A stretch of DNA of 64,000 bases from Calditrichia bacterium. Lineage in GTDB: Bacteria; Calditrichota; Calditrichia; JAJRVZ01. How positions within the stretch are numbered: position 1 is the stretch's first letter; each line of letters begins with the position of its first letter. The notes under the pieces were generated by a model, which searched no databases, had not been told where the DNA came from, and saw only the letters and a program-made list of their open reading frames with translations. The stretch is from assembly GCA_963796965.1 (NCBI GenBank), contig CAWCNS010000009.1, positions 128,001-192,000 of the forward strand, in the 5' to 3' direction. Positions 1-8,668 of the stretch are shown here, in pieces. The translations under genes and the position numbers were made by a program.

Positions 1-1259
1 CTCTCAGCTGAGAGGTGATATAGAGTATCACTAAATAGAGGATCAGCATCAATATTTCCTTCACCTTCTCCCGGCCAGTCACCATGCAGGTCAGAATAAT
101 AAACAAATAATTCCCCACCATTTATTTTATCAAAATATTCAGGATAATTAATATCGTCATTAAATATTTCCCTGCTTCCAGATGTTGTATCATCCCACAG
201 AATATTATTTAATAATAAAGGATAAGAATCAAAGTTAAATAGTCCACAACCATCATTTGCTCTGTTGTTCGCAATTGTATTATTAATTATTGCAGGTTGT
301 GGCGTTATATCTGAATTAGAATTATGACTATTTTCCACTGTCCAGATTCCGATCCCCCCTCCTCTTTCCTCTGAATAATTGTCGGCAATTATATTATTAA
401 TTATTAATGGAGTGGGATTTTTATCTGTAACTAATCCTCCAGGTTCCCAATAAACAACATATAAACCAGACCCCATACTTGCCTTACAATGCAGCTCATT
501 ATTAGTAATTTCATTATTTTCGACCACAACCGTCTCTAATGTCGGCAAGTCCAAACTTATACCAATTCCCCCTGCAATAGCCTTGTATGTCCCCGTACAG
601 GTTGTAGAATTATAAGTTATAATATTGTTATTTATTCTGATCAAGCCATCATTCGAAATGGGACGTATATATAATCCCCCTCCTCCGCACATTTCAGGAG
701 ATGTAATCGTATTATATTTAAATTCATTATATGAGATTATTAAATTCGCCTGGGCATTAATTACAATAAATGCCAGGCCCGCACCATAACACTCTTTTTG
801 TTCATCGAGGCTGTTGCCGATTATCTTGTTGTGTACAATTTTTGCTCCTGATTGCATGAAAATACCGCCTCCCCCATATCGATTAAATCCTATAAGTTCC
901 GTACCATTACCACCGGTTATAGTAAATCCGATTAAGACAGAAGTTGTATCTTCACCTGAAATAAAATAAACCACGGAACTACTATCCGGATTGGTGGGTT
1001 GACTGCCATTAATCACTGTCCTAGTGATATGACTTGTGTCCCCATCCATTAAAAAATAGCTGGCAAGAGTGATCGCCTTGCCTTTAAAATTGATGTTTTC
1101 AGAATAAACACCATCATCAACCAATACTGTGTCACCATCATCTGACAAAAAGATACCGCCTTGTACAGTTGTTGTATCATCAGGAACATAAATAATTTCG
1201 GGAAAAGATATTGAGGACAGTAAAAAAGCAAGCAAAACTGCATAAGTAATTGACTTCAT
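1..1259 (-). CDS. Secreted right-handed beta-helix (pectin lyase-like) protein, runs off the window; paralog of 13153..16338
   Basis: Not in the ORF track (no stop in window). Manual translation from ATG 1259 (RBS AGGAGG): MKSITYAVLLAFLLSSISFPEIIYVPDDTTTVQGGI...DGDTVLVDDGVYSENINFKGKAITLASYFLMDGDTSHITRTVINGSQPTNPDSSSVVYFISGEDTTSVLIGFTITGG, closely matching both repeat starts of 13153..16338. Confidence 0.85.
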   Translation of the reverse strand, partial: MKSITYAVLLAFLLSSISFPEIIYVPDDTTTVQGGIFLSDDGDTVLVDDGVYSENINFKGKAITLASYFLMDGDTSHITRTVINGSQPTNPDSSSVVYFISGEDTTSVLIGFTITGGNGTELIGFNRYGGGGIFMQSGAKIVHNKIIGNSLDEQKECYGAGLAFIVINAQANLIISYNEFKYNTITSPEMCGGGGLYIRPISNDGLIRINNNIITYNSTTCTGTYKAIAGGIGISLDLPTLETVVVENNEITNNELHCKASMGSGLYVVYWEPGGLVTDKNPTPLIINNIIADNYSEERGGGIGIWTVENSHNSNSDITPQPAIINNTIANNRANDGCGLFNFDSYPLLLNNILWDDTTSGSREIFNDDINYPEYFDKINGGELFVYYSDLHGDWPGEGEGNIDADPLFSDTLYHLSAE

Positions 1260-1321
1260 TCCTACCTCCTGTTTTCAAATTGAGAACCGAATTGGTTTTG
1301 TTAAAAATATATATGTGTGGT

Positions 1322-1362
1322 TTATCGTTAATCGGACAATTATTAACGCTGGAAGGACATTT
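1322..1362 (-). promoter_or_regulatory. Candidate AraC/HTCS operator: direct repeat with 21-bp period
   Basis: Minus strand aaaTGTCCttccagCGtTAA / aatTGTCCgattaaCGaTAA (ggaca at 1334 and 1355 on plus), between the HTCS and the beta-helix gene. Confidence 0.5.
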
Positions 1363-1409
1363 TTAATGAAGATTTAACTAACGGGGAGTAATAATCATTT
1401 TCGTTCCAA

Positions 1410-4400
1410 TCAATTGGAATTTTGAAAACGATTGCGATATTCACCAGGTGTTGTATTAAACTGATGACGAAAGATTTTTGTGAAATGGGACAAATTCCTG
1501 AATCCAACTTTGTATGCTATTTGGCTAACGATGTCATTATTTTTCTGTAATCACTGCGCCGCACGTTTGAGTCGCATTATAGAAATAAACTTTCGTGCAG
1601 ATTTCCCGGTAAGTACCTTAATTTTCCGGTTCATATTACGATAACTCATGTTGATCTCACCAGCAAGTTGTTCAGCAGTTAGGTTTGTATTCGCCATATG
1701 CTTTTCTAAAATGGTACATACTTTATTTAGAAACTTTTCATCCATTGATCCAACTGTAATTTCTGCAGGATTTACTACAAGTTCTTTTTCAAATTTTAAT
1801 CTTAATTGACGGCGTAACTCAATTAGATTTTTAATTCTGGCTTTCAACTCATCCGCTTCAAAAGGTTTACTAATATAATCATCTGCACCGAACTCCAATC
1901 CTTCGATTTTACTGTCAAGATCAGCTTTTGCTGTCAATAAGATCACAGGGATGTGACTGGTCCTTTGATCAGATTTCAATTTTTTACAAAGTTCGAATCC
2001 GTCCATTTCAGGCATCATCACGTCAGATAAAATCAAATCAGGATGTTTCTTTACAGCATCTCGCCATCCTTCTTTGCCGTTTATGGTGGTTATTATCTGG
2101 TAGTCATGATCAAGGAAACTGCAAATGTAACTTGTGACATCAGGATTGTCTTCGACGATCAGAAGCAATGGAGACGGGAGACCGGAGGCCGCAGACCGGT
2201 CTAAAACTTTAGATTGTTTATTGACATCCGGTATCTGGTATCCGGTATCTTCCCCCGAAATGCTATCATAAAACAGATGCTTTCCCATCTCCGGTCTCCG
2301 GTTTTCTGTTTCCAATTCTTTGATGATTTCATTTTCCTTATAATACACTTTGCTGATAGGTAATATGACTCTGAAAGTTGTGGTTTTATTTGGAATGCTT
2401 AAAACGGAAATTTCACCCCGGCACAATTCCACCAACTCTTTGGTTAAGGCCAACCCGATTCCGCTGCCTTCGCCATCTTTTTTGTAGATGGTGCTTGACT
2501 GGTAAAACCGGTCGAAAATTTTGCTTAACTCTTCTTGTGGGATACCTGGACCGGTGTTGACTACCTTGATTTCTACAAAATCGTCATCCGGGAATGCTTC
2601 ACCCATGCGAATATGGATATCTATTTCACCATTTTCCAGGGTAAATTTAAAGGCGTTGGATAAAAGATTGGTGATTATTTTTTCCATTTTATCTTGATCG
2701 ACATAACCAGTATGGGATTTATTATTGGCATTAAAATTAAGTGTGATATTTTTACGCTCAGCCAGAGAGGTAAAGGAAAATACCAATCCTTTTACAACAC
2801 TAATGACATCTGTTTGAGCAACCTTTAATTTCATCTGCCCGGATTCTAGTTTTGACAAATCGAGGATTTGATTAATTAATCCAAGTAAACGATCACTGTA
2901 GCGAAGAATTATTTCATATTGTTCTTTTACATTTCCCAAAAAGTTACCGTGTAACATCTGTTTTATTGGACCTTTGATCAAGGTCAGTGGTGTACGAAAT
3001 TCATGAGAAATATTGGCAAAAAATCGGGACTTCATTTGGTCAACTTCTTCCAACTTTTTTGCATGAATCTGTTCCAGTTCCAATTCATTTTTTAGACGCT
3101 GACGCTTTTGATCGTAAGTCCGAAGAGCATAAAGTATCAGGACAATCAGAAAAATATAAAAAGAGTATGCCCATGAAGTTTTCCACCAGGGGGGCGTTAT
3201 GATTATTTTGAGTGTAGCACCTTCATCATTCCAGATTCCATTATTGTTCGTTCCCTTAACTCTGAATAAATATTCGCCGGGATCGAGATTGGTATAGGTG
3301 GCAAATCGTCTGGTATAATCTGTATAATTCCATGCGTTTTCAAATCCTCCCATCATATAGGCATAACGATTATTTTCTGGACTGCGATAGTCCAAAGCAG
3401 CAAATTCAAAGGAAAAAATATTTTCTTTATAAGATAGTTTGATTTCCTTCAGTTTCGAGATATGTTTTGCTAATGTATATTCTCTCTGATGTCCTTCATC
3501 AATTCTTCTCTTTATTTCAACTTTTTCATTAAAGATTCGAAACTCTGTGATGACAATCTTTGGGACATGAGGATTATCAATCATCCTGTCCGGATTGAAA
3601 GAAACCATGCCTTTACTAGTACCAAAGAACAGTTCACCGTCATTACCTTTAAAACACCTACCGGGCCAGACTGGATTACCTGGTAAACCATCACCGATAT
3701 CATAGTTTCTGAATGTGTTGTTTTTAGGATTGAATTTTGAAATTCCACCATTTGTACTTAACCATATATTACCTCGACTATCTTCTAATATTCCGAGAAT
3801 CATATTATTTGGTAGCCCATCATCTACTGTAAAGTGTCTAAAAGTTTCGGATGCATAATCGAGTTTGTTTAAACCGCCCTCAGTCCCAATCCACAATACA
3901 TCCTCTTCATGATTTTGGGATTTATAGATCGTCATGACTTTATTATTACTGAGACTGTTCGGATTTTGAGGATCATGCTGGTAAGTAAAAAATTCTTCTG
4001 TTTCTCTATTGAGTTTTTTTAGCCCCTGAATAGTGGCCACCCATAATGAACCGGATTTATCTTCCAATACCTGTGTTGTTTCTATAGCGTTACCAACCCT
4101 GGTAAACATTTCTGTTTCACGATCGAATTTATAGAGACCACCTATTTTGGTTGAAATCCACAACACCTCGTTTTTATCTTCATAAATGGATAAAATAATA
4201 TTGGTCGGATTTTTTCGATCAAAATATTGGGTAAATTGTTCTGTTTTATGATCAAATTTTATGAGGCCATCCCCGAATGTCCCAATCCACAGCGATCCGA
4301 ACCGATCTTCAAATAAAGAGATTACCAAGATACCTGGAATACTTTTGGCGTCATATGGATCATGTACATAACGGGTATATTTTCCTGATTCCCGGTCTAA

Positions 4401-5588
4401 TTTATTAAGTCCGGATTTGGTAGAGATCCAGAGTAAATTTTTTCCTCCATAAGCAGATCCCAGGATTGACGCTACAATACCGCTGGTTAAACTATTTGGA
4501 TTTCCTGGTATATTCTTATATACTGAAAAATTTGTTTTTGCCGGATCAATTTTGTTAACACCTCCTCTGGTTCCCAACCATATTACGCCTGATCCGTCTT
4601 CATAGATATATCTAACACTGTTATCGCTCAAACTTTCTGGATCACCCGGAACATTTAAATAGCGAGTGAAATGTTCCGTCTGCCGGTCAAATATATTAAG
4701 GCCCATGTCAGGTGTGCCGATCCACAGAGATCCTCCACTGTCTTCATAAATCGAGAAAATCCAATTACTACTGAGACTTCGAGAATTACCTGGTTCAGGT
4801 TGATAATGAAAAAATATGTTGTTTTTCCGGTTGAATTTATTAAGTCCCCCATTACCTGTTCCTATCCATAACATTCCAGCCCGGTCAATGAAAAGTGACA
4901 ACACTCGACTATCGCTTAAACTATATGGATTATCAGGATCGTGCAGGTAATGGGTATATTGCTCCGTCCGGGGATCAAATTTATGAAGACCGCCTTCTAC
5001 AGTTCCGAACCAGACTATTCCGGAGGAATCCACCACCATTGACCAAATGTCAGTATTAGGGTATTTTTTGTTTGTATGAGGATAGTATATAAATTTTTGT
5101 AAGGCGATGTCCATTTTACAAAGTCCTCTTTTGGTCCCGATCCAGAGGACATCTTTGTCTTCATATCTGAATCCACATACTTTTCTCAAATCATTACTAA
5201 TTATACTGAATGGATTAGTCTGGTCATATTTAAAACGAGAAAAGGTTTCAGTTTCTCTATTAAATTTATTTAATCCCCCAGCGATGGTTCCCATCCATAA
5301 CGTACCTGAATGGTCTTCGAAAATGGACTCAATATGATTGCTCCCAATACTTGTATAATCATCGGGATCATGCCTGTAGGTTGTAAATTGGTAGCCGTCA
5401 TATAGATTTAAACCATCCTCTGTACCAAACCATATAAATCCATGATTATCCTGTAAGATACACGTCACAGTTTCATAGGAAAGTCCTTGTTCAACAGAGA
5501 TATGCTCAAATTTGATATTGTCATATTGGGCGGTTAATGAAACCGAATAGAGAAGAAGTAGAAAAATTATTATACAAAATTTGGCCAA
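1410..5588 (-). CDS. Hybrid two-component sensor/regulator (beta-propeller, YYY, HisKA, HATPase, REC, AraC HTH) with an in-frame TGA at 1551-1553
   Basis: WIGT propeller repeats, [42 protein letters not shown]; the same frame continues past TGA as LQKNNDIVSQIAYKVGFRNLSHFTKIFRHQFNTTPGEYRNRFQNSN to a stop at 1410. Confidence 0.92.
2169..2312. repeat. Short tandem inverted-repeat element embedded in-frame in the HATPase-REC linker
   Basis: Left arm ggagacgggagaccggaggccgcagaccgg, right arm ccatctccggtctccggttttctgtttcc, internal heptamer run catccggtatctggtatccggtatc. Confidence 0.6.
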
Positions 5589-5730
5589 TAAATTAAATCC
5601 TTGTTTTGTTCACATAGTGAATCAAAAAATTTCAAGCCAAAAAGATGCAAATGAGAAATATACAGGATAATAATAATAATATAAGTAACCGACAAGGTTT
5701 AATATAGATATAGAGTAATTTTATACAAAT

Positions 5731-5754
5731 AAAAAACCTCCCAATTGGGAGGTT
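5731..5754 (-). terminator. Intrinsic terminator closing the tRNA/GIY-YIG array
   Basis: AACCTCCC-AATT-GGGAGGTT followed by a T tract on the minus strand. Confidence 0.8.
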
Positions 5755-5762
5755 GAATAAAT

Positions 5763-5848
5763 GCGGTCCGGACTCCGAATCGTTCGCCCTGCTCACTCTA
5801 CGGGGCAGGCGAGACTTCCCGCCTCTCGGCGGGACAACTCCTGCGTGA
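5763..5848 (-). repeat. tRNA-Asp 3'-half copy A with two hairpin inserts
   Basis: TCACGCAGGAGTTG-[TCCCGCCGAGAGGCGGGA]-AGTCTCG-[CCTGCCCCGTAGAG...TTCGGA]-GTCCGGACCGC, directly after the GIY-YIG stop codon. Confidence 0.85.
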
Positions 5849-5849
5849 T

Positions 5850-6092
5850 TTATTTTTTTATTAATGATTCAATGTAGATTCTACTTCTACGACTTTTTAT
5901 CTCTCGCTCCCGCTTTAAGGCATCTGATTTATTATCAAAATCTTCTGTGTATACAATTTTCCAGGGAATTCCGCGTTTCGTGTATCTTCCCCAACCGGCA
6001 TTATGTCTTTTAAGCCTCCATTGGAGATCATCTGTAATACCGGTGTAATAGCGATCAATTTTATCTGAATAAATTATGTAAACTTTCCACAT
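5850..6092 (-). CDS. Small GIY-YIG nuclease (UPF0213/SLX1-like), copy 2, 80 aa
   Basis: MWKVYIIYSDKIDRYYTGITDDLQWRLKRHN...TKRGIPWKIVYTE...ALKREREIK: VYI..YTG motif, catalytic Arg (RL.RHN) and Glu (KRE). Confidence 0.92.
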   Translation of the reverse strand: MWKVYIIYSDKIDRYYTGITDDLQWRLKRHNAGWGRYTKRGIPWKIVYTEDFDNKSDALKREREIKSRRSRIYIESLIKK

Positions 6093-6106
6093 AACATCCC
6101 ACAAAT

Positions 6107-6139
6107 AAAAAAGGGCTTTGAGAAAATTCCCAAAGCCCT
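6107..6139 (-). terminator. Terminator-like hairpin between tRNA fragment B and GIY-YIG copy 2
   Basis: AGGGCTTTGGGAA-TT-TTCTCAAAGCCCT then TTTTT. Confidence 0.7.
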
Positions 6140-6142
6140 AGA

Positions 6143-6192
6143 GCGGTCCGGACGAGACTTCCCGCCTCTGGGCGGGACAACTCCTGCGTGAC
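6143..6192 (-). repeat. tRNA-Asp 3'-half copy B with T-arm hairpin replacement
   Basis: GTCACGCAGGAGTTG-[TCCCGCCCAGAGGCGGGA]-AGTCTCGTCCGGACCGC; starts at the GTC anticodon immediately after the GIY-YIG TGA. Confidence 0.88.
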
Positions 6193-6435
6193 TCATTTTC
6201 TTATTATAGATTCAATATACGATTTACTTTTACGGTTTTTGATCTCTCGTTCCCGCTTTAATGCATCTGATTTATTATCAAAATCTTCTGTGTATACAAT
6301 TTTCCAGGGAATACCGCGTTTCGTGAATCGGCCCCAGCCTTGGTTATGCCTCTCTAATCTCCAGGGTAAATCCTCTGTTACGCCTGTATAATACCGATCA
6401 ATTTTCTCTGAGTATATGATGTAAACTTTCCACAT
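6193..6435 (-). CDS. Small GIY-YIG nuclease (UPF0213/SLX1-like), copy 1, 80 aa
   Basis: MWKVYIIYSEKIDRYYTGVTEDLPWRLERHN...; 67/80 identical to copy 2 by manual count; start chosen by alignment with copy 2 (the upstream in-frame extension runs through a terminator and a tRNA fragment). Confidence 0.92.
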   Translation of the reverse strand: MWKVYIIYSEKIDRYYTGVTEDLPWRLERHNQGWGRFTKRGIPWKIVYTEDFDNKSDALKREREIKNRKSKSYIESIIRK

Positions 6436-6449
6436 AACATTCCACGTAT

Positions 6450-6481
6450 AAAAAAAGGCCCTGAGGATTTTCCCAAGGCCT
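6450..6481 (-). terminator. Terminator-like hairpin between tRNA fragment C and GIY-YIG copy 1
   Basis: AGGCCTTGGGAAAATCCTCAGGGCCT then TTTTTT. Confidence 0.7.
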
Positions 6482-6484
6482 AAA

Positions 6485-6529
6485 CGGTCGGATGAGACTT
6501 CCCGATTGAAAATCGGGACAACTTCCTGC
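6485..6529 (-). repeat. tRNA-Asp 3'-half copy C with T-arm hairpin replacement
   Basis: GCAGGAAGTTG-[TCCCGATTTTCAATCGGGA]-AGTCTCATCCGACCG, about 10 nt downstream of the intact tRNA. Confidence 0.8.
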
Positions 6530-6538
6530 ATCCTTTCG

Positions 6539-6614
6539 CGGTCCGGACGAGACTCGAACTCGCAACTTCCTGCGTGACAGGCAGGTGCTCTAAACGAAAT
6601 TGAACTACCGGACC
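6539..6614 (-). tRNA. tRNA-Asp (GTC)
   Basis: GGTCCGG acceptor stem, GTTC/GAGC D-stem, CCTGC-CT-GTC-AC-GCAGG anticodon arm, GCGAG-TTCGAGT-CTCGT T-arm, G discriminator, no encoded CCA; D-loop AATTTCGTTTA lacks the usual GG. Confidence 0.9.
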
Positions 6615-6638
6615 AAATTTTAAAAGATCTATGTTTAC

Positions 6639-6756
6639 CTGTCTGGACCCCGAATCCATCGCTTTGCTCACTCTACGGGGCAAGCGAGACTTCGATCAAA
6701 GATCGGGACAACTTCTGCGTGAAGGCAGGTGCTTACCCAAAGTGAACTACCGGACC
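6639..6756 (-). pseudogene. Degenerate full-length tRNA-Asp copy D with hairpin inserts
   Basis: GGTCCGGTAGTTCAC...GCACCTGCCTTCACGCAGAAGTTG-[TCCCGATCTTTGATCGA]-AGTCTCG-[CTTGCCCCGTAGAG...TTCGGG]-GTCCAGACAG. Confidence 0.85.
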
Positions 6757-6780
6757 AAATTTTAAAAGATCTATGTTTAC

Positions 6781-6914
6781 CTGTCTGGACCCCGAATCCA
6801 TCGCTTTGCTCACCCTACGGGGCAGGCGAGACTTTCCGATTAAAAATCGGGACAACTTCCTGCGTGACAGGCAGGTGCTCTTACTTCCGCCTATTGGCGG
6901 AAAACTACCGGACC
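6781..6914 (-). pseudogene. Degenerate full-length tRNA-Asp copy E with three hairpin inserts (D-loop, T-arm, T/acceptor junction)
   Basis: GGTCCGGTAGTT-[TTCCGCCAATAGGCGGAA]-...GAGCACCTGCCTGTCACGCAGGAAGTTG-[TCCCGATTTTTAATCGGAA]-AGTCTCG-[CCTGCCCCGTAGGG...TTCGGG]-GTCCAGACAG. Confidence 0.85.
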
Positions 6915-6932
6915 ATAATAAAATAGTTTTGT

Positions 6933-6961
6933 AATTTAACAATGCTTTGTCTCAGTGTCAA
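6933..6961 (-). promoter_or_regulatory. Sigma70-type promoter for the tRNA array
   Basis: TTGACA-17 nt-TAAATT with extended -10 TG, about 18 nt upstream of copy E. Confidence 0.7.
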
Positions 6962-7248
6962 GAGTACCCCAATAGAATAATAATTTAGAAAGAAGGTCTC
7001 TTGTTACATTAAAAATCTATACACAAATTTATATATATATCAGGTTTATTTTTCAAATACTATTTTTCATAAACAAATTTATTGTTTTCTCATTAATTAT
7101 TTATTATTATACGCTTACAATTTCCCTCCTCACGAAATAAATAGTCCTTTAACCGGGGGACTCCAGTTCATAAAAGACTCATACATAGCCTTGGTAAAAC
7201 TTACCCAGGGATAATTACCCTTGTTGTAAACTAACGGAGGTATTAATC

Positions 7249-7843
7249 ATGGATAATGCAATTAAACCCGACCTTAAATTCTACAGGAAGTGTACATGGA
7301 TACTATTAACTATCTCTGCTGTTAGTTATTGTTGCGGCGATAATTCATCTTATTATCAGTTTATCAAGCGGAAATACAGAAGCCATCTTAATCATCTGGA
7401 TAATATTTGCTGGTCTCGTACTCCTTATGTGGATCATTTCTTTTCCCCTTATGCGATTATGGATAAAAAACCTCTCTTATCTCATCCTTGACGACCGCGT
7501 GACCATACATAAGGGTATTTTAACAAAAACCCAAAAGAACATTCCCTTCCGAGCGATTACGGATTTTGCCCTTGAACGGACTATTTATGACCGGATTCTG
7601 GGTATTGGCGCCATTAAAATACAAACAGCGGGTCAATCCGTATCTCCATCCGGTTATGAGGGAAAATTATCCGGATTAATCGAGTATGAATCCTTACATG
7701 TTGATCTGCGGGAAAAAATCAAACATTTGCATCCCCTTATCTGAAACTCTGACAACAAAAGAATCCGAAACTATATTAATGAAAATACTTTATCTCAAAT
7801 TCTTTCAGAACTTAAGGAGATTCGAAAAAATCTTGAGAAGTAA
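7249..7843 (+). CDS. PH-domain (bPH_2/YdbS-like) membrane protein, frameshifted
   Basis: RBS GGAGG; two TM segments then YLILDDRVTIHKGILTKTQKNIPFRAITDFALERTIYDRILGIGAIKIQTAG; tail ILSELKEIRKNLEK in another frame. Confidence 0.75.
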
Positions 7844-7932
7844 CAGTTAGCCTGCTTTGGGTACCTCGTCCACCTCCCTGGTGAATGCAAATGATCGGTC
7901 AAAACTGTCCAAAATGTAATAAAGGAAAAAAC

Positions 7933-8200
7933 ATGGCGAAAGCAGATCTATCTACATTAAATATAGATCAGTTAAAAAAAAAGAAAAAAGTTTGCTTCTT
8001 TCTTACTCGGGATATTAATCGGTTTAGAAATTGTGTTTATAGCGCTATTAGTTTATTCTATTTTTTCAGGAAAATCATCGGAGGGCAAACAGTCTTTATA
8101 TGTGTTTATTCCGGCTCTTATTGCTGCAGCCATAACGATGTTTATCGGTATAAAAAAGATAAATAAAGAATTAGCAAAGCGTGAATCCTCCCCTGCATAG
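7933..8200 (+). CDS. Small two-TM hypothetical protein, frameshifted
   Basis: RBS AAGGA; MAKADLSTLNIDQLKKK..., hydrophobic middle, ends KKINKELAKRESSPA in a shifted frame. Confidence 0.5.
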
Positions 8201-8668
8201 TCTTTTAAAAGTCAATCGATCGAACAAAATAAATCTACCCACCCATAGATATAAAGAAATGAAATATTTCACCTATCATAAACATTATACTTTGAGATCG
8301 ACCTTATCAATCTTTATATTCAGGTTATATATCTGAAACCGGATAAGATAAGCGAATAAGCGCTTCAGACGCTTATTTTATAATACTACTCCTATTTCTC
8401 ACACGCCTATTGCAATTGACAGAGACATCATGCACGAGTAAAACTACTCGAAATTAGAATGTCTAAATTAAAGGGACGCAAGTAAGCCCTTTTCACTATA
8501 AAATCTTTCCTAGTAGCGACTGGTACATTCATTCTATATAGAAGCCTCAAAATAATATTTTAACTGAGAATTGAAGATTGATCTGCCTTGACAAATACTA
8601 TCATGTAAATACCAAAAATGTGGTATTTACTAACATAATTAGGTTGTTTCCTGTGCCTTGATGGTTCT

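Noticed and set aside
1551..1553. Selenocysteine or alternative genetic code read-through
   Set aside because: The position expects Leu, no SECIS-like hairpin is evident, and TGA terminates other genes in this window.
5763..6914. CRISPR array interpretation of the repeats
   Set aside because: The repeats are tRNA-derived and variable in length, the intervening sequences are genes or identical spacers, and there are no cas genes.
6639..6914. tRNA introns in copies D and E
   Set aside because: The inserts replace T-arm bases rather than only interrupting them, are far too short for group I/II introns, and the acceptor stems are also mutated.
6436..6942. ORFs 6480..6683, 6729..6926, 6733..6942 and the N-terminal extension of 6193..6531
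   Set aside because: They are translations of tRNA and repeat sequence.
7840..7860. Integron attC-like GTAAC/GTTAGC motif after the PH-domain gene
   Set aside because: No extended palindrome between the boxes, no repeated sites and no integrase.
8435..8495. Resemblance to a c-di-GMP-I riboswitch (AAACTACTCGAAA...GGGACGCAA)
   Set aside because: The P2 partner strand and the second stem motif are missing and the spacing is wrong.
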